64,000 bases of DNA from Malacoraja senta (taxonomy: Eukaryota): the NCBI GenBank assembly GCA_038087875.1, contig CM075991.1, positions 9,364,001 to 9,428,000 on the forward strand, given 5' to 3'. Under the pieces are notes generated by a model that saw only the letters and a program-made list of their open reading frames with translations, had not been told where the DNA came from and made no database searches. Shown piece after piece: positions 11,581 to 23,354 of this stretch. Position 1 is the stretch's first letter; each line of letters begins with the position of its first letter. Made by a program: the position numbers and the translations under genes.

Positions 11581-12352
11581 AAATCTGCACCTTTAACCAG
11601 TGAATATTTGACCCAGGCACTGACGTGCACACTACAGCTCCCTGCCATTTTCCGAATCCTGTTCCATCTCGCAATATGCTAATGCTCATGGCAATTAAAA
11701 ATAAATAAAGTTGTACGTGGCAGAACGCTGTGAAACCCTTGCACTGTGCTAGCATTCGCCTGGGTTGTTGACCCTGCAAAGCCTACTTTATGTGAAATGA
11801 GCTGGGTCTGTTTACCACCCACGCAACTGAGCGTCAATACAGCACTTGAAATTCATACAACCTGCAACAGCCACTCCGTCGTGCAAAGCAGCTCAAATTC
11901 CCGTTGTCGGAATGAATCGCCCACACTTTCATCAATCCAATACAATCTGGAAATAGGAAAACAAATTCACTGAGATGATCAAATAAAGGGCTTCTGCGTC
12001 CGAGTTCCATTCCCCTGCAACGGAGAAGTTACTCAATCAGTGGAAAGTAAACAGTTTTTGTCTCTGTTTTGGACCTCTTCTCTGTAATAAAGTGCAGAGA
12101 ATGTCAACGCGAAGGATTTTTATATTTGCATTTCAGCTCCACATGTCGGCATTTGAAGAACAGTGATTTGCATTTGCAAAAAAAAAATCATCATTTGGAC
12201 TAAGAGTTTGAAACGGGGGGGCCATTGTTCGCTCCGAAGAGTTTGACAGGTCAGTTCTGACACTGAGTCCTTTTAGCTGTTTCTGATTGAGTGGCTGGTG
12301 TGAGGAGACAGCTGACAGACGGGTGTTAGTCAAGGCAACGGTAGAGGTTTAG

Positions 12353-12447
12353 GGTAGACAAAAATGCTGGAGAAACTCAGCGGGTGAGGCAGCATCTATG
12401 GAGCGAAGGAAATAGGCGACGTTTCGGGTCGAGACCCCTCTTCAGAC
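12353..12447 (-). mobile_element. Penelope-derived short insert with intact minimal hammerhead motif
   Basis: Minus strand reads CTGAAGA-GGGGTCTCGACCC-GAAACGTC (12445-12418), followed by the conserved GCCTATTTCCTTCGCTCCATAGATGCTGC tail. Confidence 0.8.
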
Positions 12448-12792
12448 TCCACACTAACGCACCGACTAGCGATCCCCGCACACTAACACTATTCTACACA
12501 CTAGGGACACTTTACAATTATACCAAGCCAATTAACCTGCAAACCTGTACGTCTTTGGGGTATGGGAGGAAACCGAAGTTCCCGGAGAAAACACATGGGG
12601 AGAACGTACAAACTCTGTACAGGCAGCACCCGTGGTCAGCATGGAATTTGGGTCTCTGCGCTGTTAGGCAGCAACTCTACCGCTGTGCCACCTTGCCGTC
12701 TGAACAGCTGGATACTGTTGTTCAGACCCAGAACATGCATGTAATCTATACGTGAAACATTGTACATGCATATATCTTATACCATGTAATAC

Positions 12793-12925
12793 TGAAGTCT
12801 GAAGAAGGGTTTCGGCCCGAAACGTTGCCTATTTCCTTCGCTCCATAGATGCTGCCGCATCCGCTGAGTTTCTCCAGCATTTTCGTCGACCTTCAACTTT
12901 CCAGCATCTGCAGTTCCTTCTTGAA
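12793..12925 (+). mobile_element. Penelope-derived short insert with minimal hammerhead motif
   Basis: CTGAAGA-A-GGGT-TTCG-GCCC-GAAACGTT at 12799-12826. TSD CATGTAATAC at 12783-12792 and 12926-12935. Confidence 0.85.
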
Positions 12926-13494
12926 CATGTAATACCTCTGTCGGTTTTTAGTCGTAGGATTATACAGCGTGGAAACAAGCCCTTTGGCCCAACTTGCCCA
13001 CACCGGCCAACATGCCACCTTCCTCGTCCCACCTGCCTGCATTTGGTCCATATCCCTTCTCAACCTGTCCTATCCATGTACCTGTCTCAATGTTTATTAA
13101 CTACTGCGATAGTACTGTACCTACCTCAACTACCTCCTCCAGCAGCTGGTTCCATACACCCACCACCCTCTGTGTGAAACAACCACACTTTGTCTAGAAT
13201 GAAGTGATGTGCCGAGTGGATCCATTGTTCAGTTTTAGTTCATAGCTACAGCATGTAAACAGTCCCTTCGGCCCATCGACTACACACCGACCATTGATCA
13301 CCCATTCGCACATGTTCTATGCTATCCCACTTTCTCATCCACTCCCTACATATAAGGGGCAATTTGACAACGCCCAATTATCCTACATACCCGCAAATAA
13401 TTGGGATATGGGAGAAAACGGGAGCACCCAATGATTCAATTCAATTCAATGATTCAATACTTTATTGTCACTTGTACCTTGGTAGAGTGTTTAG

Positions 13495-13767
13495 TTCCGT
13501 TTAGTTTAGTTTAGTTAAGTTTAGAGATACAACGCGGAAACGGGCCCTTCGTCCCGCCAAGTCCACACTAACCATCGATTCTACCTACAACCCTGTAACC
13601 TACAAACCTGTACATCTTTGGAGTGTGGGAGCAAACCGAAGATCTCGGAGTAAACCCACGCAGGTCAAAGGGAGAACGTACAAACTCCGTACAGACAAGC
13701 GTCCGTAGTCGGGATCGAACCCGGGTCTCCGGAACTGTAAGGCAGCAAGTCCACCACTGCGCCGCCT
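13495..13767 (-). mobile_element. HE1-like V-SINE
   Basis: (TAAAC)n tail, conserved core, B box GGTTCGATCC on the minus strand. Confidence 0.85.
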
Positions 13768-15671
13768 ACAGTGAAATGCTTTGTTTCGCAACAACAAAGG
13801 TTGGTTTCCCAGAGGCATCCCACGTGGTCACAGGTGGAACATACAAACTCCACACAGACAGCAGCGGGGTCAGGATTGAACCCAGGTCTCTGGCGCTGTG
13901 AGGCAGCTGCTCTACCAGCTGTGGCACCCCAGGAAACAAGGAATGTTCTACATGTTGGATTTATTCAAGGTTTTGCTGGATGACGAAACAGCGAAATTAC
14001 TTATTGATATTTTCTATCAATTATTAGAAAAACAAGTTTAAGCAACCTCTTTCTCATTGTTCAGAAACGCTTCACATGGTGTATTTTGGAAATGTTGTCT
14101 TGCAATATACGTTGTTAATTTTCACACACGACGAGTGTTGTGATCATGAGCAGGGAATTAGTTTGAGGAGACCTTGAGCGGGATGCTTCTGTTCCAAATG
14201 GTGTCAGGGTTTTTATGGATCCACTGGGGAGTGCAGATGAGATTTAAAGAGATTTCAGAAGTGTTTATTTGTCAATATGTACTGGAAATGAAGCAGAGGA
14301 ATGAAATTCCTGCTTGCTGCAGCTTTACAGGGACTTTTGATGGAGTCTTGTCCTGAAAAGCAACTCCACCAACTCCACCAGGTGCCTTCAGTGCCGCGCA
14401 CTGGGCTATTCCCAGGGTGGTAATATCCAAGAATAGGCATAGCTAAAACAGAGTGTTGGAGTCATAGTCCTACAGCGCGGAAACAGGCCCTTCGGCCCAA
14501 CTTTCCCACACCGGCCACCATGTCCCATCCACACTAGTCCCACCAACCTGCATTTGGCCCATATCCCTCTAAACCTGTCCTATCCATGTACCTGGCTAAA
14601 TGTTTCTTAAACATTGGGATAGTTACCTGAGAGGGGAAAAAATGTTTAATGGAGATGTGCAGGGCACGTTATTACACACAGGGTGGTGGGGGCTTGGAAC
14701 AAATCGCCAGGGCTGGTGGTGGAGGCAGATGCGACACTGGCATTTAAGAGGCTTTTAGATGGAAGTGCAGGGCGTGGAGGGATATGGTTCATGTGCAGGC
14801 AGATAAAATCAGATTAACTTGGCATCAAGGTTTGCCCAAACATAGTGGTGGACCCAAGGGCCCGTTTCTATTCTGTACTGTTCTATGTTCCATGTTCTAT
14901 GTTCTATCAGCCTGGATCTGTGACCTTCCACTGGCTAAGTATTCCTCGCACAGTATCCATTGAGTCCTGGAGCTTTAGCCTTTACAGCTGAGAGGGAGAG
15001 CGCGGGAACAGATCAATGGCCATTAAAATCCTCCACCGTTCAGTTGATACTGTAATCTGACTGTGATAGCGTTTCCCTGCACAAGTGTTTGAAACCGCCT
15101 CCACTTCCTCAAAGGCGGTCACCAACATTTCCTGTTTAACTGCCCTACAGCCTGTGAATTTCATTTATATCATCATTTATTTTATTTACTGTGATGCACA
15201 TTTGCGTGTCCACATTGAGGAATATCACCGGCGGGGGAGGGGGCGGGGGGGGGTGGAGAACCTTATATTTCGAGCATTCGGTATCCACTACCCTCAAGCT
15301 GTAACATCGCAGTTAAACCCAGAGCGGGACTGCGTCTACGAAGTGCTTTCAATTACACGAAGGTCAGGTTACACGCTGAGGTGATCCATCAAGCAGTCCC
15401 CAAGGTAGATGTTCAATGGCTCCGGCGCATCCACAGTGGGTGGACCAGAGCTTACAGGGTGGGTGGAGGTACTCGGCGCATTGTTTCAATATGGCCCTGC
15501 ACATCCTCTTCACATGCTTTCCATTAATAGGGCAGCACGGTGGCACAGCGGTAGAGTTGCTGCCTTACAGCGCCAGACACCCGGGCTCGATCCTGACTAC
15601 GCGTGCTGTCTGTACGGAGTTTGTACCTTCTCCCCGTGACCTGCGTGAGTTTTCTCTGAGACATTCGGTTT

Positions 15672-15871
15672 NNNNNNNNNNNNNNNNNNNNNNNNNNNNN
15701 NNNNNNNNNNNNNNNNNNNNNNNNNNNNNNNNNNNNNNNNNNNNNNNNNNNNNNNNNNNNNNNNNNNNNNNNNNNNNNNNNNNNNNNNNNNNNNNNNNNN
15801 NNNNNNNNNNNNNNNNNNNNNNNNNNNNNNNNNNNNNNNNNNNNNNNNNNNNNNNNNNNNNNNNNNNNNNN
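15672..15871. other. Assembly gap (200 N)
   Basis: Run of exactly 200 N truncating a + strand SINE at 15530-15671. The round number suggests an arbitrary-size scaffold join. Confidence 0.98.
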
Positions 15872-16093
15872 ATTCCTCGTTGAAGTCATTCATGACAGAT
15901 AGATTCAAGAAGATCCTTGCTTATCCTTGCGTATTCAGAGTTTAACATGGTGACATCTTGTGTTTTTGCACCTAATCTGTACAAGTACTTCCTGCCCCAG
16001 CATTAATAGCCTGTGGTCTACACATCAGCATTCTGCACTCCCATTGCTCCAGAATCCACATGTATTCTTAGCAGGCGTTGAGCTTAAGATATG

Positions 16094-16325
16094 TGTAGGG
16101 AGGAACTGCAGATTCTGGTTTAAACCGAAGATAGGCACAAAATGCTGGGGTAACTCAGCGGGACAGACAGCATCTCTGGAGAGAAGGAATGGGTGACGTT
16201 TCAGGTCGAGACATTACAGACGTTATGAGTCTGAGAAGGGTCTCGTCCCAAAACGTCACATATTCCTTCTCTCCAGAGATGTTGCCTGCCCCGCTGAGTT
16301 ACTCCAGCATTTTGGGTCTATCTTC
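16094..16325. mobile_element. Penelope-derived palindromic insert
   Basis: Inverted arms, degenerate hammerhead at about 16231-16257. TSD GAGCTT(A/G)AGATATG at 16080-16093 and 16326-16339. Confidence 0.8.
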
Positions 16326-16362
16326 GAGCTTGAGATATGGTTGACTTGGATGGAGTTCCTGA

Positions 16363-16707
16363 TTTAGTTTAGTTTAGTTTAGATTAGTTTAGTTTAGCTT
16401 AGTTTAGAGATACCGTGTGGAAGCAGGCCCTTCGGCCCACCGAGTCCGCACCAACCAGTGATCCCCGCACACTAACTAACACTATCCTACACTTGGGACA
16501 GTTTGTTTTCTGCATTTACACCAAGCCAATTAACCTACAAACCTGTACGTCTTTGGAGTGTGGGAGGAAACCGAAGTTCTTGCAGGTCACGGGGAGAATG
16601 TACAAACTTCGTACAGACAAGCGCCCACAGCCAGGATCGAACCGGGGTCTCTGGCGCTGTAAGCGCTGTAAGGCAGCAACGCTACCGCTGAACCACCGTG
16701 CCGCCCT
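16363..16707 (-). mobile_element. HE1-like V-SINE, full length
   Basis: Minus strand starts GGGCGGCACGGTGG..., has A/B boxes, core and (TAAAC)n tail. Confidence 0.88.
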
Positions 16708-17434
16708 AAATGCAAAGCAAATTCTGATAGATCCATCCAGGGTGATGGCACAGTGGTGCAGCAAAGGGTGGCACAGTGGTGCATCAGAGAAGGGCTGCAC
16801 AGTGGCGTAGCAGTTGCATTAATATGCCTGTAAAAGCTGCAGCAAGTAAGACCTTCATCTCTCGGTTGGCGGTGCATACAACATTTACATGCTGTTGTTT
16901 AGTGCAAGGAGAAATAACACCAGTAATATCACCGTTTCTGCGATGGAGTTCGACCTTGATGCATTTCAAGGAGCCCAGGGGAAATCAAGCTGGGAAACTT
17001 TACAGTTTACTATTATGCCCATAGGCATTCCCCATCTATAACCTTGAGTCTTGCTCTTCCTACAAAAGCATTGCACTTTGGAATGAAGATTGGACCCAGC
17101 TAACACAAACAAAATCGTAACTCGACTGAAACCTGTAACAGGATCTGAGAAATCTATGGGTGCATTTAAACTGAGAAACCCACTAAAACTGTACACACGG
17201 TCTTTGTTTCTGCACAAGATCCTTGGTTTTACTTGTAAGGTGAACAGGCCATTATTAATGCGTAGGAAGGAACCGCAGATGCTGGTTTAGGTCAAAGATA
17301 GACAGAGGCGGAACCCAGGGGATCATGCAGCATCTCTGGAGAAAAGGAATAGGTGACATTCCGAGTCGAGAGCATTCTTCAGATGGAGAGTCAGATTCAG
17401 AGGGAAATGAGAGGTATGAGAAGGTACAAAGAAT

Positions 17435-17797
17435 CGAATGAATGAATGAATGAATAAATTACTGTTTATTGGCCAAGTATTCACATACAAGGAATTTGCC
17501 TTGGTGCTCCGCCCAGCAAGTGACAACATGACATACAGTGACAGCTAGGAATGACACATAAAACATTAAACATTAATAATAAACCATTATTGATTAAACA
17601 TGTGAATTAAATAAAATACCAGAGCAAAAGGAGGCTACAGATTTTTGGTTATTGAGGTGAGCAACTACTCGTGGAAACAAAACAGTTTTTATGTCTGTCT
17701 GTGGCAGCTTTGACAGTCCGGAGTCGCCTTCCAGAGGGAAATGATTCAAAGAGTTTGTGGCCAGGGTGAGGGGGTCAGAGATGATCTTACCCGCTCG
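17435..17797 (-). mobile_element. Rex1/Babar-like LINE 3' end
   Basis: Degenerate RAGKIISDP...PSGRRLR...FPRVV reading, 3' UTR with AATAAA and (TTCA)n tail. A related + strand UTR lies at 33688-33894. Confidence 0.7.
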
Positions 17798-18184
17798 TAA
17801 AGGTATGCAAAAGGCCAAATCATTCACTGGTTAGATTCCGTGGAACATTCTGGGCACCACAACATAGGAAAGATGTGTCATTCCCTGAATGGTCACACTG
17901 CAGGTTGAATTAGAATGGTTCCAGGAATGTTGGATTCCAGTTTTCTGGAGAATATTCATCTTGTCGCAGAGAGAGTGTAAGGGGTGATGTGGTAAAGTCA
18001 TGTTAAGTTTTGGTATTTCCGGTGCCCTTGGTTCCAGAGCCTTTGCTGGGCCAACAAAGGTTCTGAGAGCAGACGAACGGAACAGGAATTGGCCTTGGCC
18101 GCCGAGCGGCTGAGATACCGCCTGGCAAAGTCAGCCTCGACAGTTGGCTACGGGAACGTATCTGCTGGCTCCAGCCGGGCCAGA

Positions 18185-18513
18185 GTTTAGTTTAGAGATA
18201 TAGAGATACAGCCCTTTTGGAAACAGGCCCTTTTCGGCCCACCGAGTCCGCGCCGACCAGCGATCCCCGCACATTAACGCTATCCTACACACGCTAGGGA
18301 CAATTTTTACATTTACACCAAGCCAATTAACCTACAAACCTGTACGTCTTTGGAGTGTGGGAGGAAACCGAAGGTCTCGGAGTAAACCCACGCGGTCACG
18401 GGGAGAGCGTACAAACTCCGTACAGACAGCACCCATAGTCGGGATCGAACCCGGATCTCCGGCGCTGCATTCGCTGTAAGGCAGCAACTCTACCGCTGAG
18501 CCACCGCGCCGCC
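18185..18513 (-). mobile_element. HE1-like V-SINE, full length
   Basis: A box TGGCTCAGCGG, B box GGTTCGATCC, core and CR1-type tail. Confidence 0.88.
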
Positions 18514-19511
18514 ATGGCCACAAGGGGGCAAATTCCGGAGCCATGGCCGCAGGGGGGCAAATTCGACCCGCCGATCGGCTGCGGAAGTCCCGATGAGGTC
18601 GAGATCAGCTGTCTCACCCAGCCTAGGCGCTACATTTTCCGGGGGACTTTCAGGGGTTAATGGGTTTTGTCCGGATTAAAGGAGGTACGGACCACCAGAT
18701 GCCGGAAAATCAGTGGTGGACCTGCACAGGAAGTGGAAACAGCTTACAAAAGAGAAGCAGTGACCAGGAACACAGGTTTAATATGACTGGCAATAGGTCA
18801 AAAGATGACCGTGTGAATTTTGCACAGATCTGGAATACATCGGCTCAAAGGAAAATCGAGTAAAGTTTTTGCCCAAAAGGAAATGGGACACATTCTAGAT
18901 GGTAAAAAGTGTCGAGATTTGCATGCAGTCACAGAACTACAATGAGAGTGCCTTCAAACCCATTCGTGATGGGCCGAATTGCATCCTATCCCTTGGGAAC
19001 CTCAAGCACAACATGTGGAGCTGTGGACAGAGCTCCCAGGGTTGGCAACAGACTGGAACTTGCTCTAAAATAAATCTTCAAAGCTTCACAAAAATGACAA
19101 CATTGTATATAGAGTCATAGAGTGATACAGTGTGGAAACAGTCCCTTCAGCCCAACCTGCCCCCACAGCCACGCTAGTCCCATCAGCGTGCGTTTGGCCC
19201 ACATCTCTCCAAACCTGTCCCATCCATGTACCTGTCTAACTGTTTCTTAGACGTTGGAATAGTCCCTGCCTAACTACCTCCTCTGGCAGCTTGTTCCATA
19301 CACCCGCCACCCTTTGTGTGAAAAAAGTACTCCTCAGATTCCTATTAAATGTTTTCCCCTTCTCCTTAAACCTATGCCCTCTGGTCCTCGATTCACCTAC
19401 TCTGGGTAAGAAACTGTGCATTTACCCGATCCTCTCATGATTTTATACACCTCTATAAGATCACCCCCCTCATCCTATATATTAATCTTAGATATTCATA
19501 TTAATTTACTG

Positions 19512-19698
19512 GGTACACAAAAATGCTGGAGAAACTCAGCGGGTGCAGCAGCATCTATGGAGCGAAGGAAATGGGCAACGTTTCGGCCCGAAACGTTGCC
19601 CATTTCCTTCGCTCCATAGATGCTGCTGCACCCGCTGAGTTTCTCCAGCATTTTTGTGTACCTTCGATTTTCCAGCATCTGCAGTTCCTTCTTAAACA
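19512..19698. mobile_element. Penelope-derived insert forming a perfect 151-bp palindrome
   Basis: Arms 19512-19586 and 19588-19662 are exact reverse complements. TSD ATTAATTTACTGGGT at 19500-19514 and 19699-19713. Confidence 0.9.
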
Positions 19699-20309
19699 AT
19701 TAATTTACTGGGTTCTGTGTCCGCCAACCGATTCCAGTCAATTGTCGGATAAATGCTCTGTACTTATTGCCTGCCAAGCTTTCGAATAAAAATTGTTTGC
19801 TTGTTAAATTAAAGAGTTGAAATAAATATCTGATAACAGGCAAATTCAATTATTTTCAGTAGATGGTGCATGACACAGATCATCTTACGGAGCAAATACT
19901 GCAATTGATATATTCACTGTTTTTTTTGTAATTATGGTATAAATTCTGAGAACAATAAACGGCTCTGATATAACGTAGCTTTGGTATTAAGCTTACGGAT
20001 TTTACAAACGGCTATTACTTTATTTAACTTTATCTTGTGTCACAGCATATTGGAAACCATTCCGTAATTAACCCAGCGTGTAATCCATTTATGGGTCTTG
20101 ATGCTTGAATTTTAATGGATTTTAATGGATTGTTGTGAGCGTTGGGGCAAAGTTTACAGACTGACCCGTAAATGGATCTTTCGTGTTAAGATGGCGCCCA
20201 ATGACAATGACCCATATGACAATCCCTCCAGTCTTTAAGACCACTCCTATTCCCTTCATCCTGTATCCGTTCAATGTGGACGGCTGGTCTGTAATCATAC
20301 ACGGTCTTT

Positions 20310-20838
20310 CAAGTCAAGTCAAGTGTCAAGTGAGTTTATTGTCATGTGTCCCTGGTAGGACAATGAAATTCTTGCTTTGCTTGAGCACAACAGAACATAG
20401 TAGGCATTTACTACAAGGCATTCTATAAATATATACACAATGGTCAATATACTGATAAAGTGCAAATAACAGTATTGGCTAGTAAAGTTCAGTGTTATGT
20501 CCGAGCCAAGTTTAATAGCCTGATGGCTGTGGGGAAGTAGCTGTTCCTGAACCTGGTCGTTGCAGTCTTCAGGCTCCTGTACCTTCTACCTGAAGGTAGT
20601 AGGGAGATGAGTGTGTGGGCAGGATGGTGTAGGTCCTTGATGATGCTGCCAGCCTTTTTGAGGCAGCGACTGTGGTAGATCCCCTCGATGGAAGGGAGGT
20701 CAGAGCCAATGATGGACTGGGCAGTGTTTACTACTTTTTGTAGTCTTTTCCTCTCCAGGGCGCTCAAGTTGCCGAACCAAGCCACGATGCAACCGGTCAG
20801 CATGCTCTCTACTGTGCACCTGTAGAAGTTAGAGAGAG
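20310..20838 (-). mobile_element. Rex1/Babar-clade LINE 3' fragment
   Basis: FYRCTVESMLTGCIVAWFGN...RLQKVVNTAQSIIG...LLPSGRRYRSL...FRNSYFPTAIRLLN; GACAATAAA and (CTTGA)n tail. Confidence 0.9.
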
Positions 20839-20884
20839 ACTGGATAGCACGCAACAACAAAAAAAGCTTTGTACTCTCACTTCA

Positions 20885-21670
20885 GGGTGGCATGGAGGTG
20901 CAGTGGTAGATTTGCTGCCTTTACAGTGCCAGAGAACTGAGTTTGGTGCTGACTATAAGTGCTGTCTGTGTGGAGTTTGTTCGTTCTCCCCGTGGGGTGC
21001 GAGATTGCAACCTTCACGTGGTTCAACGAATGCAATCAACCCAGGAAGAGATGTATCAGCAGAGCCATCTCCATCATCAAAGACCCCTACCACCCATGGC
21101 ACCACATATTCTCCATCCTACCATCTGGGAAGAGGTACCGGAGCATTAAGTGCAAAACCAGCAGGATGCTCCTCAGCTTCTTCCCGCAGGTTATAAGACT
21201 GATAAACGGACTTTGCCCCCTGCCAAAGTATCGTGCACCAACCACCAACCTGGACACACTGCAGCAGAGCCACTGTCGTGCCGCTGCCGATCGGAACGCC
21301 TGTTGATGTTTAGTAGAGTAGAGTGTTAATTTGTTCATGATATATGTAATTTTACTTCTATTTATTTTTTACTGCACACTGAAATGGACACTGGTTGAGG
21401 AACGTTTTTTTGTTTCCTCTGGGTATGCGAATACTCAGGAAATGACAATAAAGATATACAATACAACCCGACGTGCACAAACAGAAGATCAAGCAGAACA
21501 AGTTGTCTTACAACATTAGGCTGTGCACGCCGTACGCAAGAAGAAGAAGTTCTCCCCGTGACCACGTGGGTTTTCCCCGGGTGCAGCGGTTTCCTCCCAC
21601 ACTCCAAAGACGTACAGGTTTGTGGGTTAATTGGCTTTGGTTGTAAATTGTCTCTAGTGTGTGATAGTGC
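20885..21670 (+). mobile_element. V-SINE interrupted by an (AAG)n-tailed retroposon (20995-21548) that itself carries a Rex1 fragment
   Basis: TSD GTTCTCCCCGTG at 20983-20994 and 21549-21560; SINE sequence is contiguous across it. Confidence 0.8.
21043..21463 (+). mobile_element. Rex1/Babar-clade LINE 3' fragment
   Basis: KRCISRAISIIKDPYHPWHHIFSILPSGKRYRSIKCKTSRMLLSFFPQVIRLIN; GACAATAAA near the end. CAACCC duplicated at 21037-21042 and 21464-21469. Confidence 0.85.
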
Positions 21671-23023
21671 GAGTGTGGGCCCAGTGTAGCTGGGACATGT
21701 TGGCCAGTGTGGGCAAGTTGAGATACAGCGCGGAAACAGGCCCTTCGGCCCACCAAGTCCTCACCGACCAGCGATCCCCGCACATTAACACCATCCCCCA
21801 CACACTAGGGACAATTTACATACACACCAGTTATTCCAGCGGGGCGGGCAGCATCTCTGGAGAAAAGTCACAGGTGACGTTTTGTGTCTTGTCTGAAGAA
21901 GGGTCTCGAGACGAAACGTTTCCTGTTCCTTTTCTCCAGCGATGCTGCCTGACCCGCTGAGTTACTCTGGCATTTTGTGTCTATCTTCAATGTGAAAATT
22001 CTTATGGCCGTGAGTGGCATTGTTTCAATCAATGCCTTCATATTTTCAGAAGAATTTCACTGTGCAGGTGCATCTGTGACTAAAATAAAGCAACATTGAA
22101 CGTTGTAAAATCCAACAGCAATCTCTCCCAACCCAAATGAAAAATCAATATCTGCCCTATTTTAAAGGTAAATATTCCAAGGCATGCATGCTGAAATATA
22201 TTAAATTCCCCATCGCTGCATAAAGAATCCAGAAGACTGAGTAAAAGCAAAAGGAACAGTCTAGGGGCCTGTAGTGATGTATCTTAAAAATAACAGGGAT
22301 ATAATATTTAATGCATCCTCCACTAAGGTGCTTATGAAAACTATAGTTCCATTTCTTTCCATTAGTCCTCCCAGAGATTTACTGTAATTGCCTCAGACAG
22401 ACAACTGTAACGATGTGTGTTTCTGTCTAAGTCACTTAGATTTTGCCCCTCAAGGGTTTACAATGGAGTTCTGTCAGTTCACTGCCATATAACCAAAGGC
22501 TGACTTTGGGATCAGTTTTTCCAAATTCACAGTCCATAAAATTCAATTGTTAACGCCTCACAGTGTGTCCATCAGGCACAGGAGCAGTTGTCAACCATAT
22601 TGCCACTTCAGCCGCCTCCGTCACTCAGTAGAATGACCTAGGACATGGTTTGTTCGATCATTGCAGCGGTATTTGGCCCAGTTTATGGCTGTGCAGACAC
22701 AGCTTTCGAAATCTGGTCCAGTTCCTCATCAATAATTCGAAGGTAAATGCTGAAGGAGGTGCCAGCGGACCAGCCTAGTTTGTGTTCAAAGATACAGCGC
22801 GGAAACAGGCCTACCGAGTCCGCGCCGACCAGCGATCGCCCCGTATACCTGCACCATCCTACACACTTGGGACAATTTACCACCTTTCACCAAGTCAATT
22901 AATCTACAAACCTGTACGTCTTTGGAGTGTGGGAGAAAACCCACGCAGTCACGGGGAGAACGTACAAACTCCATACAGACAGCATCTGTGGCCAGGATAG
23001 AACCCGGGTCTCCGGCATTCTAA

Positions 23024-23354
23024 TGGCCCTGTCCCACGATGCGAGTTCATTCAAGAGGTCTCCCGAGTTAAAAAAAAAAATCAAACTCGTGGTAAGCACG
23101 GAGAATGAACGTAGCGGGTACGTCGGAGCTCGGGGACATCTCTTAGCGGCTCGTAACGCTAACGGCAGGTACTCGGGAAGACTCGCTAACGGCAGGTAAG
23201 CTCGGGAAGACACGTGAAGATTTTTCAACATGTTGAAAAATGTCCACGAGAGCCCCGAGTACCGGCGAGCGGCCATTACCTTAAATCTCCGAGTTCGAAT
23301 CAGGGCAAACTCGGGAGAACTCTTTGAATGAACTCGTACAGTGGGACAGGGCTT
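23024..23354. mobile_element. PIF/Harbinger-type MITE inserted in a SINE
   Basis: About 45-bp imperfect TIRs (GCCCTGTCCCAC...GTGGGACAGGGC), 3-bp TSD TAA; host SINE 22790-23380 is continuous across it. Confidence 0.8.

Noticed and set aside
15416..15908. ORFs spanning the N run
   Set aside because: Artefacts of translating through the assembly gap.
18010..18725. GC-rich sequence either side of the 18.2-kb SINE, possibly a Tc1/mariner (Tigger-like) MITE
   Set aside because: Only one plausible terminus (…GGTGGACCTG) is visible; no matching TIR or TA duplication could be confirmed.
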